From Janthinobacterium lividum (GTDB lineage: Bacteria; Acidobacteriota; Terriglobia; Terriglobales; Acidobacteriaceae): a stretch of 59,393 nucleotides of DNA. A model generated the notes under the pieces. That model ran no database searches, was not told the DNA's origin, and was given only the letters and a program-made list of their open reading frames with translations. Positions within the stretch are counted from its first letter, which is position 1, and every line of letters starts with the position of its first letter. Shown piece by piece: positions 9,676-19,308 of the stretch. The DNA lies in NCBI GenBank assembly GCA_050954525.1, contig JBPBPZ010000355.1:1-59393 (forward strand), in the 5' to 3' direction. A program made the position numbers and the translations under genes.

Positions 9676-10857
9676 TCAGGCTTCGTTGCCGGTGGCCACG
9701 CGGCTTGCGCGGCCAATCAGCAGGGGGATGTCCGGCGTTTTCTCTTCACCCGAAGCCTTCATCAGCCGCAAACGCTGCAATACCTTGCGTGTCAGACCGG
9801 TCAGGGGATGATTTTGGAGTTCGCGCGCCGGTACCCACTCCAAATCGTCGGTGCGCAGCGCACGTTTGCGCACGGTTCGGCGGTTCGGCAACGCCACCAC
9901 TTCCACGTAGTAGTTGACACCCACAATGGCGTGGCGGACGCGCAGCACCGGCTCCGCTTCCAACACCAGCGGGGTGTCGGTTTCAGGGGCGACATGCTCC
10001 GCGTCCGGCAGTTTCAGCTGCGGCAACTCCAGCATGCCGGCCATCAGCGAAGCGTCCGGCAGGCGGCGCTGCAAAAGTATTTCCACCTGTACGCTGCCGC
10101 GAGCCTTGCGGGTGATCAGCGAATACCTGGCCTGCCTGGACTGCATGGGCGCGCGTGCTACCGTCGGGTGCTCTCCGCGGGTGCGGCAGAAGTCAAACAC
10201 AGGGCAGGCAGAGCAACGCGGGCTGCGGGGCAGGCAGATGGTCGCACCAAGCTCCATCATGGCCTGATTGTGATCGCCAGGATTTTGATCCGGCAGAAGG
10301 GATTGCGCCACATCGTTCAGCATGTCCGCGGCAGCTGCGCCGGGCGTTTCCGGCAAGCCAAGAATGCGCAGAAGAACGCGCTCGACGTTGCCGTCGATCA
10401 CCGCTATGCTTTCGCCAAACGCGATGCTGGCAATCGCTGCGGAGGTGTAGTTGCCTATGCCGGGCAGCCTTCGTAATTCAGCGGCGGATCGTGGCAGCGC
10501 GCCACCGTGCTCCGCAACCAGCAGCATGGCTGCACGATGCATCATGCGTGCACGGCGATAGTAGCCCAGGCCGCTCCAGGCGGCCAGTACGTCTGCTTCC
10601 GGAGCAAGGGCAAGCGCCAGCAGGGTGGGGAACCGTTCGACAAAACGTGCGTAGTGCTCCAGCACCGCGTTTACCCGCGTCTGCTGCAGCATGATCTCCG
10701 ATAGCCAGATGCGATAGGGGTCGCGCAAACCGCGCCACGGCAGGACGCGCGCATGTTCGCGATACCACGCCATGAGGCGCTGTGCGAAGCCTGTGCGGAT
10801 CTCCTGCGACAGTTGTGGGGCGGGTACGGTTCTGGTGCGAGGCGGCAACCCATTCAT
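9676..10857 (-). CDS. mutY: A/G-specific adenine glycosylase MutY
   Basis: LPWR, SEIMLQQT, WSGLGYYRRAR, HhH LPGIGNYT, DGNVERV, and Fe-S motif C-x6-C-x2-C-x5-C. Confidence 0.95.
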   Translation of the reverse strand: MNGLPPRTRTVPAPQLSQEIRTGFAQRLMAWYREHARVLPWRGLRDPYRIWLSEIMLQQTRVNAVLEHYARFVERFPTLLALALAPEADVLAAWSGLGYYRRARMMHRAAMLLVAEHGGALPRSAAELRRLPGIGNYTSAAIASIAFGESIAVIDGNVERVLLRILGLPETPGAAAADMLNDVAQSLLPDQNPGDHNQAMMELGATICLPRSPRCSACPVFDFCRTRGEHPTVARAPMQSRQARYSLITRKARGSVQVEILLQRRLPDASLMAGMLELPQLKLPDAEHVAPETDTPLVLEAEPVLRVRHAIVGVNYYVEVVALPNRRTVRKRALRTDDLEWVPARELQNHPLTGLTRKVLQRLRLMKASGEEKTPDIPLLIGRASRVATGNEA

Positions 10858-11107
10858 TGTAGAACCTGACAGAAAAGGTCGTTTGAACTAACGCTGTTCA
10901 TCATGAACGGCATGGGCTGCGACTGCCGCGGCGGATGGACAGAGGCGTAAAACGGTACGTCGCGAAATCTGCATCCATGCCGATAGAGGACCGTAGGATT
11001 GGGTATTTGCTGGGGTTTTTGACATTTCTTTCATTTGCCTTTGGAGTGTTCGAGGCAACGGGAGTGCACTGTTGAAACTCCTAGCTACTAAGTTCTGGAG
11101 GTGTTGG

Positions 11108-11317
11108 ATGGAAGCAGTTCATGACGGTCAGTGTGGTCTATGTACGCACTTCGGTGAAGCACATGCACAGAGCAACACATTGGTAAGCATCCTCAGCAGC
11201 AAGCAGGCGGATGTGGTGATGATCGATGAGTGCGGTCACCCGAAGCTCGCGAGTCTGCACCTGAAGGTCACGCCCATCAGCGGGTGTGACGGCTTTGTAC
11301 CCGCCGCCGCAGCCTAG
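11108..11317 (+). CDS. Small 4-Cys protein (69 aa), possible Fe-S/Zn binder, HiPIP-like Cys spacing
   Basis: GGAGG RBS, ATG at 11108, CGLCTHF...C...VTPISGCDGF, followed by a terminator. Confidence 0.7.
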   Translation: MEAVHDGQCGLCTHFGEAHAQSNTLVSILSSKQADVVMIDECGHPKLASLHLKVTPISGCDGFVPAAAA

Positions 11318-11336
11318 CCGTAGACGCAAAATCCGC

Positions 11337-11376
11337 AAAGCTCCGAGGTTGCTGACAAGCGGCCTCGGAGCTTTTT
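11337..11376 (+). terminator. Rho-independent terminator
   Basis: AAAGCTCCGAGG...CCTCGGAGCTTTTT stem with U-tract. Confidence 0.8.
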
Positions 11377-11538
11377 GCATCTGCAGGGCACACTGCCGCA
11401 CCCGTGTGTTGCCATGCCGTTGCCTCGCGAGACGGGTGGCAGTGCGTTACGCTTAGATGGAGTGCACCGGTACGCTCTGGAGCAACCTCCAGGCCCGATA
11501 GGCACCATCATCTTAGAACAAGGGCAGGCTGTAACCGC

Positions 11539-12525
11539 ATGGCAATCGCATTGAACACACCGTTGGCAAAGGAAGTACAAAAGGCAGCGTTGGAGGCAGG
11601 TCTGGCTGTCGTGGAAGGTGTGGAAAGTGCAGGTTTCAACGGTGTTCCCACCGAAATGTTCACGTTGATGCTGCTGTCTGCAGCGGAGGGCAGGAACGTA
11701 ATCCTGGAGAAAACCGCGGCAGAGATCCCGGGCGCACGGCAGATGCTCGAACTGAGCGCAGGATTCGATCTGCAGCACCACCAGTATCAGAAGCCGATCC
11801 ACGACTTCCTGCTGGAGGCTGCACAGCGCCTACGCAATCCCCGCCCGGACATCTACATCACCCTGGGCGGCTTGCCCATCAGCATGGGCAACTGGCGCTG
11901 GCCGTTCCACCTGTCAACGACCGGTGCGGACACCTATATCGTGCACGGGGATGCCATGCTGGACGACGGCAAAACGCCGGCGGAATCGCAGCTGCGGGCA
12001 AAGGTTTCAGCCAGCATGACGGTCACCTTTGCTGAAGTAGTGCCGGCACCCGAGCAGCCCTTTGCCGAAGGCTTTATTTACAACGCAGTGCGCAAGATTT
12101 TCGATCAGGGGCAGTTGGAACTGGTAAAAAGCGGTAATCGTCAGCCGGTGCCGGTCACCACCCGCTACTATTCCGCCAAGCAGCAGCGCTTTATCTTCAA
12201 TGACACGGACGCGCAGCAGCGTGCTGACTTTCTTGCCGCAAAGGTCTACTGGGCCAGTGGCGTGCTGGGTGGCGGCGCATCGGTCTGGATTGCCGATCCA
12301 CGCGACGCGCAGTACCTGAACACCACAGTCGCCGACCTGAAGCAGGTAGCGGAAGACCTCGCAAGTGAAGGCATCCTGAAGCTTGACCCTGGCCTGGAGT
12401 TCGCGGGCAGCACGGAGCCGCTGATGAACCACCATGCCGAGTACGAGGCACGCATGGCCGAAGCCCTGGCCTTCACCAGGCCCACCTTCAATGAGTCCAT
12501 GCGAAGCGGCCAGACCAATATGTAG
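11539..12525 (+). CDS. Conserved-looking hypothetical cytoplasmic protein
   Basis: Long ORF with native codon usage, start MAIALNTP; no motif recognised. Confidence 0.7.
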   Translation: MAIALNTPLAKEVQKAALEAGLAVVEGVESAGFNGVPTEMFTLMLLSAAEGRNVILEKTAAEIPGARQMLELSAGFDLQHHQYQKPIHDFLLEAAQRLRNPRPDIYITLGGLPISMGNWRWPFHLSTTGADTYIVHGDAMLDDGKTPAESQLRAKVSASMTVTFAEVVPAPEQPFAEGFIYNAVRKIFDQGQLELVKSGNRQPVPVTTRYYSAKQQRFIFNDTDAQQRADFLAAKVYWASGVLGGGASVWIADPRDAQYLNTTVADLKQVAEDLASEGILKLDPGLEFAGSTEPLMNHHAEYEARMAEALAFTRPTFNESMRSGQTNM

Positions 12526-12599
12526 TCGCGAACCCTGCCGCAGCGAGCGCAGCTTGCGAGCCGCCCCGCTGCGGCGGCGCAGCGCCTATACTGAGCGCG

Positions 12600-13436
12600 A
12601 TGCCATTGACCGCTGTCATTGTCGACGATGAAGAACTGGCGCGGCGCGAGTTGCGCTACCTGCTGGAGCGCGCCGGCGGCGTAGAGATCGTCGCCGAAGC
12701 GTCCAACGGCATTGAAGCCGTGCAGACCATCCGCAGGGAAGCTCCTGATGCTGTGTTTATGGACGTGCAAATGCCCGGCCTGGACGGCTTTGCCGTTCTG
12801 AAGCAACTCATGGAGAAGCGGACGGGCCGCATGCCTGAAGTGATCTTTGCGACCGCCTTTGACCAGTACGCTGTGCGCGCATTCGAAGTGAATGCGATTG
12901 ATTACCTGCTGAAGCCTTTCGAGCAGAACCGGGTCGCGTTGGCACTGGAAAAGGTTCGGAGCCGCAAGGCGGACGTATCCCCTGCCAACCCCGACACGGG
13001 TGTGGATACCGTGCCACTGGCCAGCGCGGAAGAACGGTTGGAGTCGCTTCTAAAGCTGCTGCAGGCACAGACTGCGGCTGCCACACAGGCTCGACCACGT
13101 TCGGGCAAGGTTGTAGTGCGCGCCGCACAACGCCTGCTGCTGGCCGATCAGCGCGACATATGCTTCGCTTCGATTGAAGAGGGAACGATCTCGGTCGTCA
13201 CACCCACGCTGGAGGGTTCTTCGAACGTACGCACGCTGGAAGAGTTGACGGATCAGCTTGATCCGGACACGTTCTGGCGAGCGCACCGCAGCTTTCTGGT
13301 CAACATCCAGCACATTCGCGAAGTTGTGCCGTGGTTTAAGTCCAGCTATCTGCTGCGTATGGACGATCGCAAGGCGACGGAAATTCCCGTTGCGCGCGCG
13401 CAAATTCGGCGACTGCGAGAGCTGTTCAACCTGTAG
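12600..13436 (+). CDS. LytTR family response regulator
   Basis: REC domain (VDDE, MDVQMP, FATAF, DYLLKP) plus LytTR domain (FWRAHRSFLVN, IPVAR). Confidence 0.93.
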   Translation: MPLTAVIVDDEELARRELRYLLERAGGVEIVAEASNGIEAVQTIRREAPDAVFMDVQMPGLDGFAVLKQLMEKRTGRMPEVIFATAFDQYAVRAFEVNAIDYLLKPFEQNRVALALEKVRSRKADVSPANPDTGVDTVPLASAEERLESLLKLLQAQTAAATQARPRSGKVVVRAAQRLLLADQRDICFASIEEGTISVVTPTLEGSSNVRTLEELTDQLDPDTFWRAHRSFLVNIQHIREVVPWFKSSYLLRMDDRKATEIPVARAQIRRLRELFNL

Positions 13437-13448
13437 GCGAAACGCAAG

Positions 13449-13982
13449 CTAAGACGTGCTTCGCACGTAGTCTCCGCTTTTGCCGCCCTTTTTGCTCAAA
13501 AGAACGATTTCTCGGATCCGAATGCCTTTGTCGAGGGCTTTCGTCATGTCGTACACCGTCAGCGCTGCCACGGCTGCCGCGGTCATGGCCTCCATCTCGA
13601 CACCGGTACCCGCCACCGTTGCAGCCGTGGCGCGGATGCGAACCCCACCGCCGGTATTCAGCAGCGTGGCAGGCTGAACGATCGTCGCTTCCACGTCAAC
13701 AAACGACAGGGCCAGAGGATGGCACATGGGGATCAGGTCTGCCGTTTTCTTAGCTGCGGTTATGCCTGCAAACCGGGCCACTTCCAGCGGATTGCCTTTG
13801 GGGTTGCGCGGCAGCGCTGCAAGTACCTCTGCATTCAGCTCCACGAACGCCTCGGCAACGGCTTCGCGACGCGTCGGCTGCTTGGAACTGACGTCCACCA
13901 TGTGCGCTTCGCCGGCCTCGTTGTAGTGGGAGAGTTGCGGTGCAGGGCGTGTTGGGTCGGTGGCACGCGTTGATTTCTTCAA
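13449..13982 (-). CDS. moaC: Cyclic pyranopterin monophosphate synthase MoaC
   Basis: AHMVDVSSK, AAKKTADLIPMCHPL, TGVEMEA, YDMTKA, KKGGKSG; TTG start overlaps the upstream stop, with a GAGGAG RBS. Confidence 0.93.
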   Translation of the reverse strand: MKKSTRATDPTRPAPQLSHYNEAGEAHMVDVSSKQPTRREAVAEAFVELNAEVLAALPRNPKGNPLEVARFAGITAAKKTADLIPMCHPLALSFVDVEATIVQPATLLNTGGGVRIRATAATVAGTGVEMEAMTAAAVAALTVYDMTKALDKGIRIREIVLLSKKGGKSGDYVRSTS

Positions 13983-14194
13983 AGACCCTCCTCGCCGATC
14001 AGGACCAAGCCAAGCCCAAGCACGGCAGCGTCGGCCACCAGCCACACGATCAGGTCGCGCCGTTCGTAATGCACAAGCATCAGGTGGCTCATGACGATCA
14101 TGGCCGCGACGGCAAGTGCGGGCACAATCACGGCCGCGCCTACCAGCATCTTGCCAATGCGCGTGCGTCTGTTGATGGGTTCCTGCATCTGCAT
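13979..14194 (-). CDS. Small two-TM membrane protein between moeA and moaC
   Basis: Fills the gap exactly (4 nt after the moeA stop; TGA overlaps the moaC TTG); two hydrophobic stretches. Confidence 0.55.
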   Translation of the reverse strand: MQMQEPINRRTRIGKMLVGAAVIVPALAVAAMIVMSHLMLVHYERRDLIVWLVADAAVLGLGLVLIGEEGL

Positions 14195-14198
14195 CAGC

Positions 14199-15470
14199 CT
14201 ACCGCAGCAGGACGGAGACAGCATCACCGGACGCCAGAGCTGACGCCGTGGGCGGCACCACAAGGTAGCAATTGGCACGTGCGTTGCCGTTCAGGTCTCC
14301 GGAACCCTGCCAACCGGTCGTCTGCACCGTTGCACCTTCCAGAGACGAGGTCAGCAGGGCTGGAAGAAAGCGGGTCAAACCGGGCCGCACCTGCACGGGT
14401 TCGGCAAGCCTGGCACCTGCGAAGAACGGTCGAGGCAACGCCGCCTCTTCCACCGTGGATTCGCCCGCGCGATCTGCTCGTCTACCTTCGCCCCCCAGTG
14501 CGCGCAGCATGGGCATGGCAAACAGCAGGGCGGTGACCTGTGTCGAGACAGGGTTGCCGGGCAAGCCGAAGACCCACTGCTCACCGTTGGTACTGTCTGC
14601 GTGAATCCTGCCAAAGACTGCGGGTTTACCGGGCTGGATGCTGACCCCAGTGAAGAAGAACTCCGCGCCACGGGCCAGCAGGGCGTCTTCGACAAAGTCG
14701 TATTTGCCCGCGGACACACCCCCTGACAGCAGAAGCATGTCGGCCCCACGCGCAGCGTTGATGGCCTGGTCGAGGGCTTCGCGTGTGTCCGCAACGGGAG
14801 GAAACACCTGCGGCGTGCCTCCGTTGGCCCGCACCAGGGCGGCCAGACCGTGCGAGTTGGAGTTGCGGATCTGCATGGGACCAGGCGCTTCGTCCACCGC
14901 CACCAGTTCGTCACCCGTCGAAAGGATCGCCACAACCGGTCGCGCGTAGACCTGGAGATGCGCCGCTCCGACGGATGCCGCAAGCGCAACTTCGGCGGCG
15001 GCTATGCGGGTTCCAGCGTGGAGCAGGACGTCGCCCGCACGGGCTTCCGCACCCTGCGGAACGATGTTTTCTCCGGTCGTCATGCTGCGCCCGCCTGCCA
15101 GGCTAATGGTGTTGCGGGTGGCGTCGACGTGTTCCAGCATAACGACCGCGTCTGCGCCCTCGGGGACGGGTGCGCCGGTCATAATCTCGATCGTTTCCCG
15201 TTCGCCAGGCGGCTGGCCGGTCCATTGCTCGCCTGCGCGGATCGCGCCGATCAACGTGAGCGTTGCACCGGCGTCTGCCGCACGCATGGCGTAGCCATCG
15301 CGCGTGGACCGGGGAAAGGGTGGCTGGTCCCGATCCGCAGACACCGTCTGCGCCAACACACGGTCTGCGGCAAGTTCCAGTGCGACATCTTCTGTTTGCG
15401 CCGGAAGGGCAAGCAGAGACATCTTCGTGCGAATGAGGTTGAGCGCGTCCGTGCAGGAGATCAAAGGCAT
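14199..15470 (-). CDS. moeA: Molybdopterin molybdotransferase MoeA
   Basis: PPFPRSTRDGYA, IMTGAPVPEGADAVV, STGDEL, SGGVSAGKYD, PGKP, GLPGNPVS. Confidence 0.95.
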   Translation of the reverse strand: MPLISCTDALNLIRTKMSLLALPAQTEDVALELAADRVLAQTVSADRDQPPFPRSTRDGYAMRAADAGATLTLIGAIRAGEQWTGQPPGERETIEIMTGAPVPEGADAVVMLEHVDATRNTISLAGGRSMTTGENIVPQGAEARAGDVLLHAGTRIAAAEVALAASVGAAHLQVYARPVVAILSTGDELVAVDEAPGPMQIRNSNSHGLAALVRANGGTPQVFPPVADTREALDQAINAARGADMLLLSGGVSAGKYDFVEDALLARGAEFFFTGVSIQPGKPAVFGRIHADSTNGEQWVFGLPGNPVSTQVTALLFAMPMLRALGGEGRRADRAGESTVEEAALPRPFFAGARLAEPVQVRPGLTRFLPALLTSSLEGATVQTTGWQGSGDLNGNARANCYLVVPPTASALASGDAVSVLLR

Positions 15471-15593
15471 GCGTTGTCAGCCTACATTGCCGCATGCGGT
15501 ACAGGCTGACGACGCGCTATTCTTCATAGACAGCGTCCAACACTGTGACCAGCAATCCCGCGACTGTTCGCGACCTACCGCTCCGGAGAAACC

Positions 15594-16148
15594 ATGCGCC
15601 CCCTGTACGGAATTACCCTCGCCCTTTGCTTCGCCGCCGCTCTTCCTGCCGCACACGCCGATGAGGCGAGCCGCCGCGCCAAGGCCGAGCAGATGCTGGT
15701 GTTGACAAAGACCGATTCGCTGATGGAAGGCCAGCTTGCCAGCCTGCAGACCCGTGTAAACGAACTTGCGAAGCAGCAGTCAGGTGCCGCTCCCCTGAAT
15801 CCTGAACAGACGAAGCTGACCAGCGAATACATGAAGCAGGTGCAGGACACGACGAACGAAGAGGTCAGCTGGGCAAAGCTGCGGCCCATGATTATCCAGT
15901 CGTACGCTGACAGCTTTACCGAGGCAGAGCTTGACGCCATTCTGGTGTTCTACAAGACACCCGCAGGGCAGGCCATCATCACCAAGACGCCGGAGCTCGC
16001 CAACAAGACCATGACCACCGTGCAGGGCCGCATCAAAGAGATGCAGCCCAAATTGGCTACTCTGACCCAGGAGTACACAGCCAAGCTGAAGGCCGCGGCA
16101 CCCGCTACGGCAGCGCCCACCCTTTCGCCGAAGCCGGCAGCAAAGTAA
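15594..16148 (+). CDS. DUF2059-family secreted protein
   Basis: Signal peptide AHA-D; YADSFTEAELDAILVFYKTPAGQ signature. Confidence 0.8.
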   Translation: MRPLYGITLALCFAAALPAAHADEASRRAKAEQMLVLTKTDSLMEGQLASLQTRVNELAKQQSGAAPLNPEQTKLTSEYMKQVQDTTNEEVSWAKLRPMIIQSYADSFTEAELDAILVFYKTPAGQAIITKTPELANKTMTTVQGRIKEMQPKLATLTQEYTAKLKAAAPATAAPTLSPKPAAK

Positions 16149-16152
16149 GCAC

Positions 16153-16656
16153 ATGTCCTGTGTTCTAACGCTGGCGCTGGATGACGAAGCGCAAAGCCGC
16201 TTCGAAAACGAGCGCCAGCAGCACTTCCCACCCGCGTTGAATCGGATTCCCGCGCACCTGTCGCTCTTCCACACCCTGGCAGAGGAGGAAGCGACGTTTG
16301 CCACCCTGCATTTGGCGGCGGAACTGCGATCGGCTTTTCCCATGCAGGTGACCGAACTACGTTCGCTGGGCAAGGGTGTTGCGTACTTCCTGCAGTCGTC
16401 AGCGGCAAAGTCGCTGCACCGCGACCTGAGCGAGGCGTTTGCAGACCAGCTTTCGCCGCAGGATCGGCAGGGGTTCCGTCCCCACGTGGTCGTGCAGAAC
16501 AAGGTCACGCCCGAGGTTGCGAAGGTCACACGAATGCAGTTGCAGGCCCGCTTCCAGCCCTGGACTGTTACCGCTGTTGGACTGGACCTTTGGCGATACC
16601 TTGGCGGGCCGTGGCTGCACCTGCAACGCTTCGAGTTTGGGCCGTCAGACGTTTAG
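16153..16656 (+). CDS. 2H phosphoesterase (2'-5' RNA ligase family)
   Basis: Two HxS/T-type motifs, AHLSLF and PHVVVQNK. Confidence 0.8.
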   Translation: MSCVLTLALDDEAQSRFENERQQHFPPALNRIPAHLSLFHTLAEEEATFATLHLAAELRSAFPMQVTELRSLGKGVAYFLQSSAAKSLHRDLSEAFADQLSPQDRQGFRPHVVVQNKVTPEVAKVTRMQLQARFQPWTVTAVGLDLWRYLGGPWLHLQRFEFGPSDV

Positions 16657-18045
16657 CTGGCTGGCAGAACGCGCAGCAGCCAGGCCGTCGCGGATAAGAT
16701 CGGGCAGGCCGACGCCCCGATAGCCATTACCTAACAGGTGCAAGGCTCCGATGCTGTCCACGCGGGACTGCAGTTCGGCCATGCGTTCGCCATGACCCAC
16801 CTCGTACTGCGGCAGGGCATCTGGCCAGCGACGTACTACAGTTGCTGCAGGCAGGGGTAAAGGCCCGAGGACGCGTGCAAGCTCATCGCTTGCGATCGCT
16901 GCGATCTCTTCATCCGAACGTGGAATCAACGCGTCTGCATTGGCCCCGCCAAAATAGGCTCGCAACGATTTGCCACCCTGCGGCACCCGGCTCTCGAACT
17001 TTTGGTCGGCAAAGGTGGCGGCCAGAAGCGTGCGGTGTTCGCTCTCTGGAGCAAGGAAGCCGAATCCCGCAGGCAAGGATAGAGTGTGCGGTGCCGCGTA
17101 TCCGAAAGCGGCAATGACCGCAGAGCTGGTAGGAAGGTTAACTAATTCTGCGGAGCGTGCATCGAGGGGCTCCAGCAGTTTGCGCGCAGTTTTCACAGGC
17201 ACGGCAAGCAGGACGTAGTCGAATTCTTCGGACCCGCCGTTGTTGTACTGCAGCAGCCATCCGCGTGTCGTGCGCTGCATGCCGATGACGGATTGGTTCA
17301 ACTGCACAGACGCCTGCGGCAGGGTGGCCGCCATGCGCTCTGCCAGCGTACCGGTGCCGCCGCGCAGTGTTGTGAAAATGCTGGACCGCTTGGGGCCACG
17401 CTGCGCGGCACGTGCCTGCAGCGCCAGGATCAGCGATCCGTACTCACGCTCCATCTGCACAAACGGTGCCATCACCGCGCGAACGCTAAGCCGGTAGACG
17501 TTGCCTCCAAAGACGCCGCCCAGCAGGGGCGCACCGATCACACGCAGCACCTCTTCGCCAAAGTGCCGCGAGACAAAGCTGGCTACAGACTCATCGTGAT
17601 CCGGTGCGGAGGCTTTTAGTTCTTCTGCGCGGGCCGGTTCGGCAAGGTACGAGTCACGCGCCGCCGGGCTGAAGAAGGCGGATTGCCGAACGGTATCAAG
17701 GTTTTCCGGCACCATCATGCGCATGTTGTCGGGCAGGGCCTGTAGTCGACCATGCTGCAGAACATAGGTGATGCGGGTGCCGTCATTTGAAGGCAACAGG
17801 TCTTCAGCAAGGCCAAGTTCTTCAGCTACTTCGCGCGCCCAGGGCTTGTCGGTGACCCAGGCATCGGGTCCGCATTCAAAGACAAAGCCATCTTCGCGGC
17901 GCGTTTCGAGAATGCCGCCAAGACGTTCTGACGCTTCGATAAGCGTGAAACTGAGGCTTTTGCTGTGCCGCTGCAGCTTTGTTAGTTCATAGGCGGCCGC
18001 GAGACCTGCCATGCCGCCGCCTACCACTGCGATGCGTTTTGTCAC
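16645..18045 (-). CDS. hemY: HemY-type (copro/proto)porphyrinogen oxidase
   Basis: GGGMAGL FAD motif, RLGG, ECGPDAW, GFGFL, PQYEVGH, GNGYRGVGLPD. Confidence 0.92.
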   Translation of the reverse strand: MTKRIAVVGGGMAGLAAAYELTKLQRHSKSLSFTLIEASERLGGILETRREDGFVFECGPDAWVTDKPWAREVAEELGLAEDLLPSNDGTRITYVLQHGRLQALPDNMRMMVPENLDTVRQSAFFSPAARDSYLAEPARAEELKASAPDHDESVASFVSRHFGEEVLRVIGAPLLGGVFGGNVYRLSVRAVMAPFVQMEREYGSLILALQARAAQRGPKRSSIFTTLRGGTGTLAERMAATLPQASVQLNQSVIGMQRTTRGWLLQYNNGGSEEFDYVLLAVPVKTARKLLEPLDARSAELVNLPTSSAVIAAFGYAAPHTLSLPAGFGFLAPESEHRTLLAATFADQKFESRVPQGGKSLRAYFGGANADALIPRSDEEIAAIASDELARVLGPLPLPAATVVRRWPDALPQYEVGHGERMAELQSRVDSIGALHLLGNGYRGVGLPDLIRDGLAAARSASQLNV

Positions 18046-18046
18046 G

Positions 18047-19279
18047 TTAGACCGCAGCCGCTACGGCTTCTTCCAGCGGAGCCAGCACGGTGACCAGGTC
18101 TGCCTTGGCGGTGGCCTCTACTTGCGGATGTATGGGCAGGCTGCGAACACCGCGGCGTGCCAGGTCAGCCAGTGCGGCAATCAGCGTGGGCGAATCATTC
18201 AGGCTGTCTGCACGAGAGATTGCAATGCCGATCTCAGCGGCGGTTCGCTGAAAGTCGATGTCGATGTCGTAGAGGATTTCGACGTGGTCGCACAGAAAAC
18301 CCACGGGCTGCAGCACAGCATGGGTGTAGCCGGATTCTTTCAGAGCTTTCAGGTTGTCTTCAACGCCTGGCCCGATCCATGGCCCGCCACTCAGGCCCTG
18401 GCTCTGAAAGCAGAAGTACCAGTCTTTCTCCTCGAGGATGTCCTCGAGTTCCGCGGCAATGTGCCGGGCAGTTGACTTGCACTCGACGGCATAGGTATCT
18501 GCCTCTGTGGTCAGCAACATGCCATGGTGTTCGCTGGGCTTCGCCTGGATGGTGCGGCAGGGGACCGAGTGTGCCGTAAACAGAACGGCAGTCTTCGCAT
18601 CTGTGGTCCGAGCCTTTTCGAGCGCCGCTCGCATCTTCTCGGCAAGCGCGCGGACCAGCAGCGTGTGCTCTGACCAGCCTGCAACAAAGTCGATTTCGAA
18701 CGCGCCAGCCGCCGCGGTCTCCAGGGCGCGCCGGTACAAGCCAACGCTGGTGCGGCTGTTCTGCGGTGCCAGGCAAATGGCGCGGACTTTCTTCACGCCG
18801 TCTGCTTTCATTTGTTCGACGACATCGCTGATGAACGGTTTCCAGTTGCGCATGCCGACGTACACGGGCGTGCCGATGCGTTCCTGCAGCAGTCTGCCTT
18901 GCAGCAGCGTCCATCGGGTCAGGTGCGGACCCTCTGGTGTGGGCTCGTCTTTTAGACCAATCTCGGCATAACGTTCTTGGAGTTCATGTACGACGTGCGG
19001 AGGCACTCCGCGGCCACCCGTCACGAGCTTCAGGTAGGCATCCATCTCACCCAGCACATCGGGTGTGCCGTGTGCCAGCAGCAGGATGGCGTCGAACTGG
19101 TCCGGCTCGGGTTGCGTAACGTCCGGTGCTGCCATGGCCGCGGCAATCTGGTCGGCGTGGCTTATCTCATAGGAGGCGATGACACGTTCCTGCCCTGGTG
19201 CTGCTGCGCTTGTTGCTGCCGTTGCCAGTTGCTGGTGAACGGGCTCCAGCCGATCTTTGAGGTTCAGCTTCTCACTCAT
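18047..19279 (-). CDS. hemH: Ferrochelatase (Firmicute/CpfC-like)
   Basis: LAHGTP, FTAHSVP, FQSQG..GPWIGP, GFLCDHVEILYDID, SLND motifs. Confidence 0.92.
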   Translation of the reverse strand: MSEKLNLKDRLEPVHQQLATAATSAAAPGQERVIASYEISHADQIAAAMAAPDVTQPEPDQFDAILLLAHGTPDVLGEMDAYLKLVTGGRGVPPHVVHELQERYAEIGLKDEPTPEGPHLTRWTLLQGRLLQERIGTPVYVGMRNWKPFISDVVEQMKADGVKKVRAICLAPQNSRTSVGLYRRALETAAAGAFEIDFVAGWSEHTLLVRALAEKMRAALEKARTTDAKTAVLFTAHSVPCRTIQAKPSEHHGMLLTTEADTYAVECKSTARHIAAELEDILEEKDWYFCFQSQGLSGGPWIGPGVEDNLKALKESGYTHAVLQPVGFLCDHVEILYDIDIDFQRTAAEIGIAISRADSLNDSPTLIAALADLARRGVRSLPIHPQVEATAKADLVTVLAPLEEAVAAAV

Positions 19280-19308
19280 AAGACCGACGAGGAAATATCC
19301 AAGATTGT

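Noticed and set aside
10885-10908. GAAC-N7-GTTC and the palindrome GTTCATCATGAAC upstream of mutY as a LexA box
   Set aside because: Inverted rather than the direct GTTC-N7-GTTC arrangement, and the spacing does not fit the Gram-positive GAAC-N4-GTTC; it could be chance or another operator.
16645-16656. 12-bp convergent overlap of hemY and the 2H phosphoesterase gene
   Set aside because: Short tail-to-tail overlaps are common; no evidence of function.
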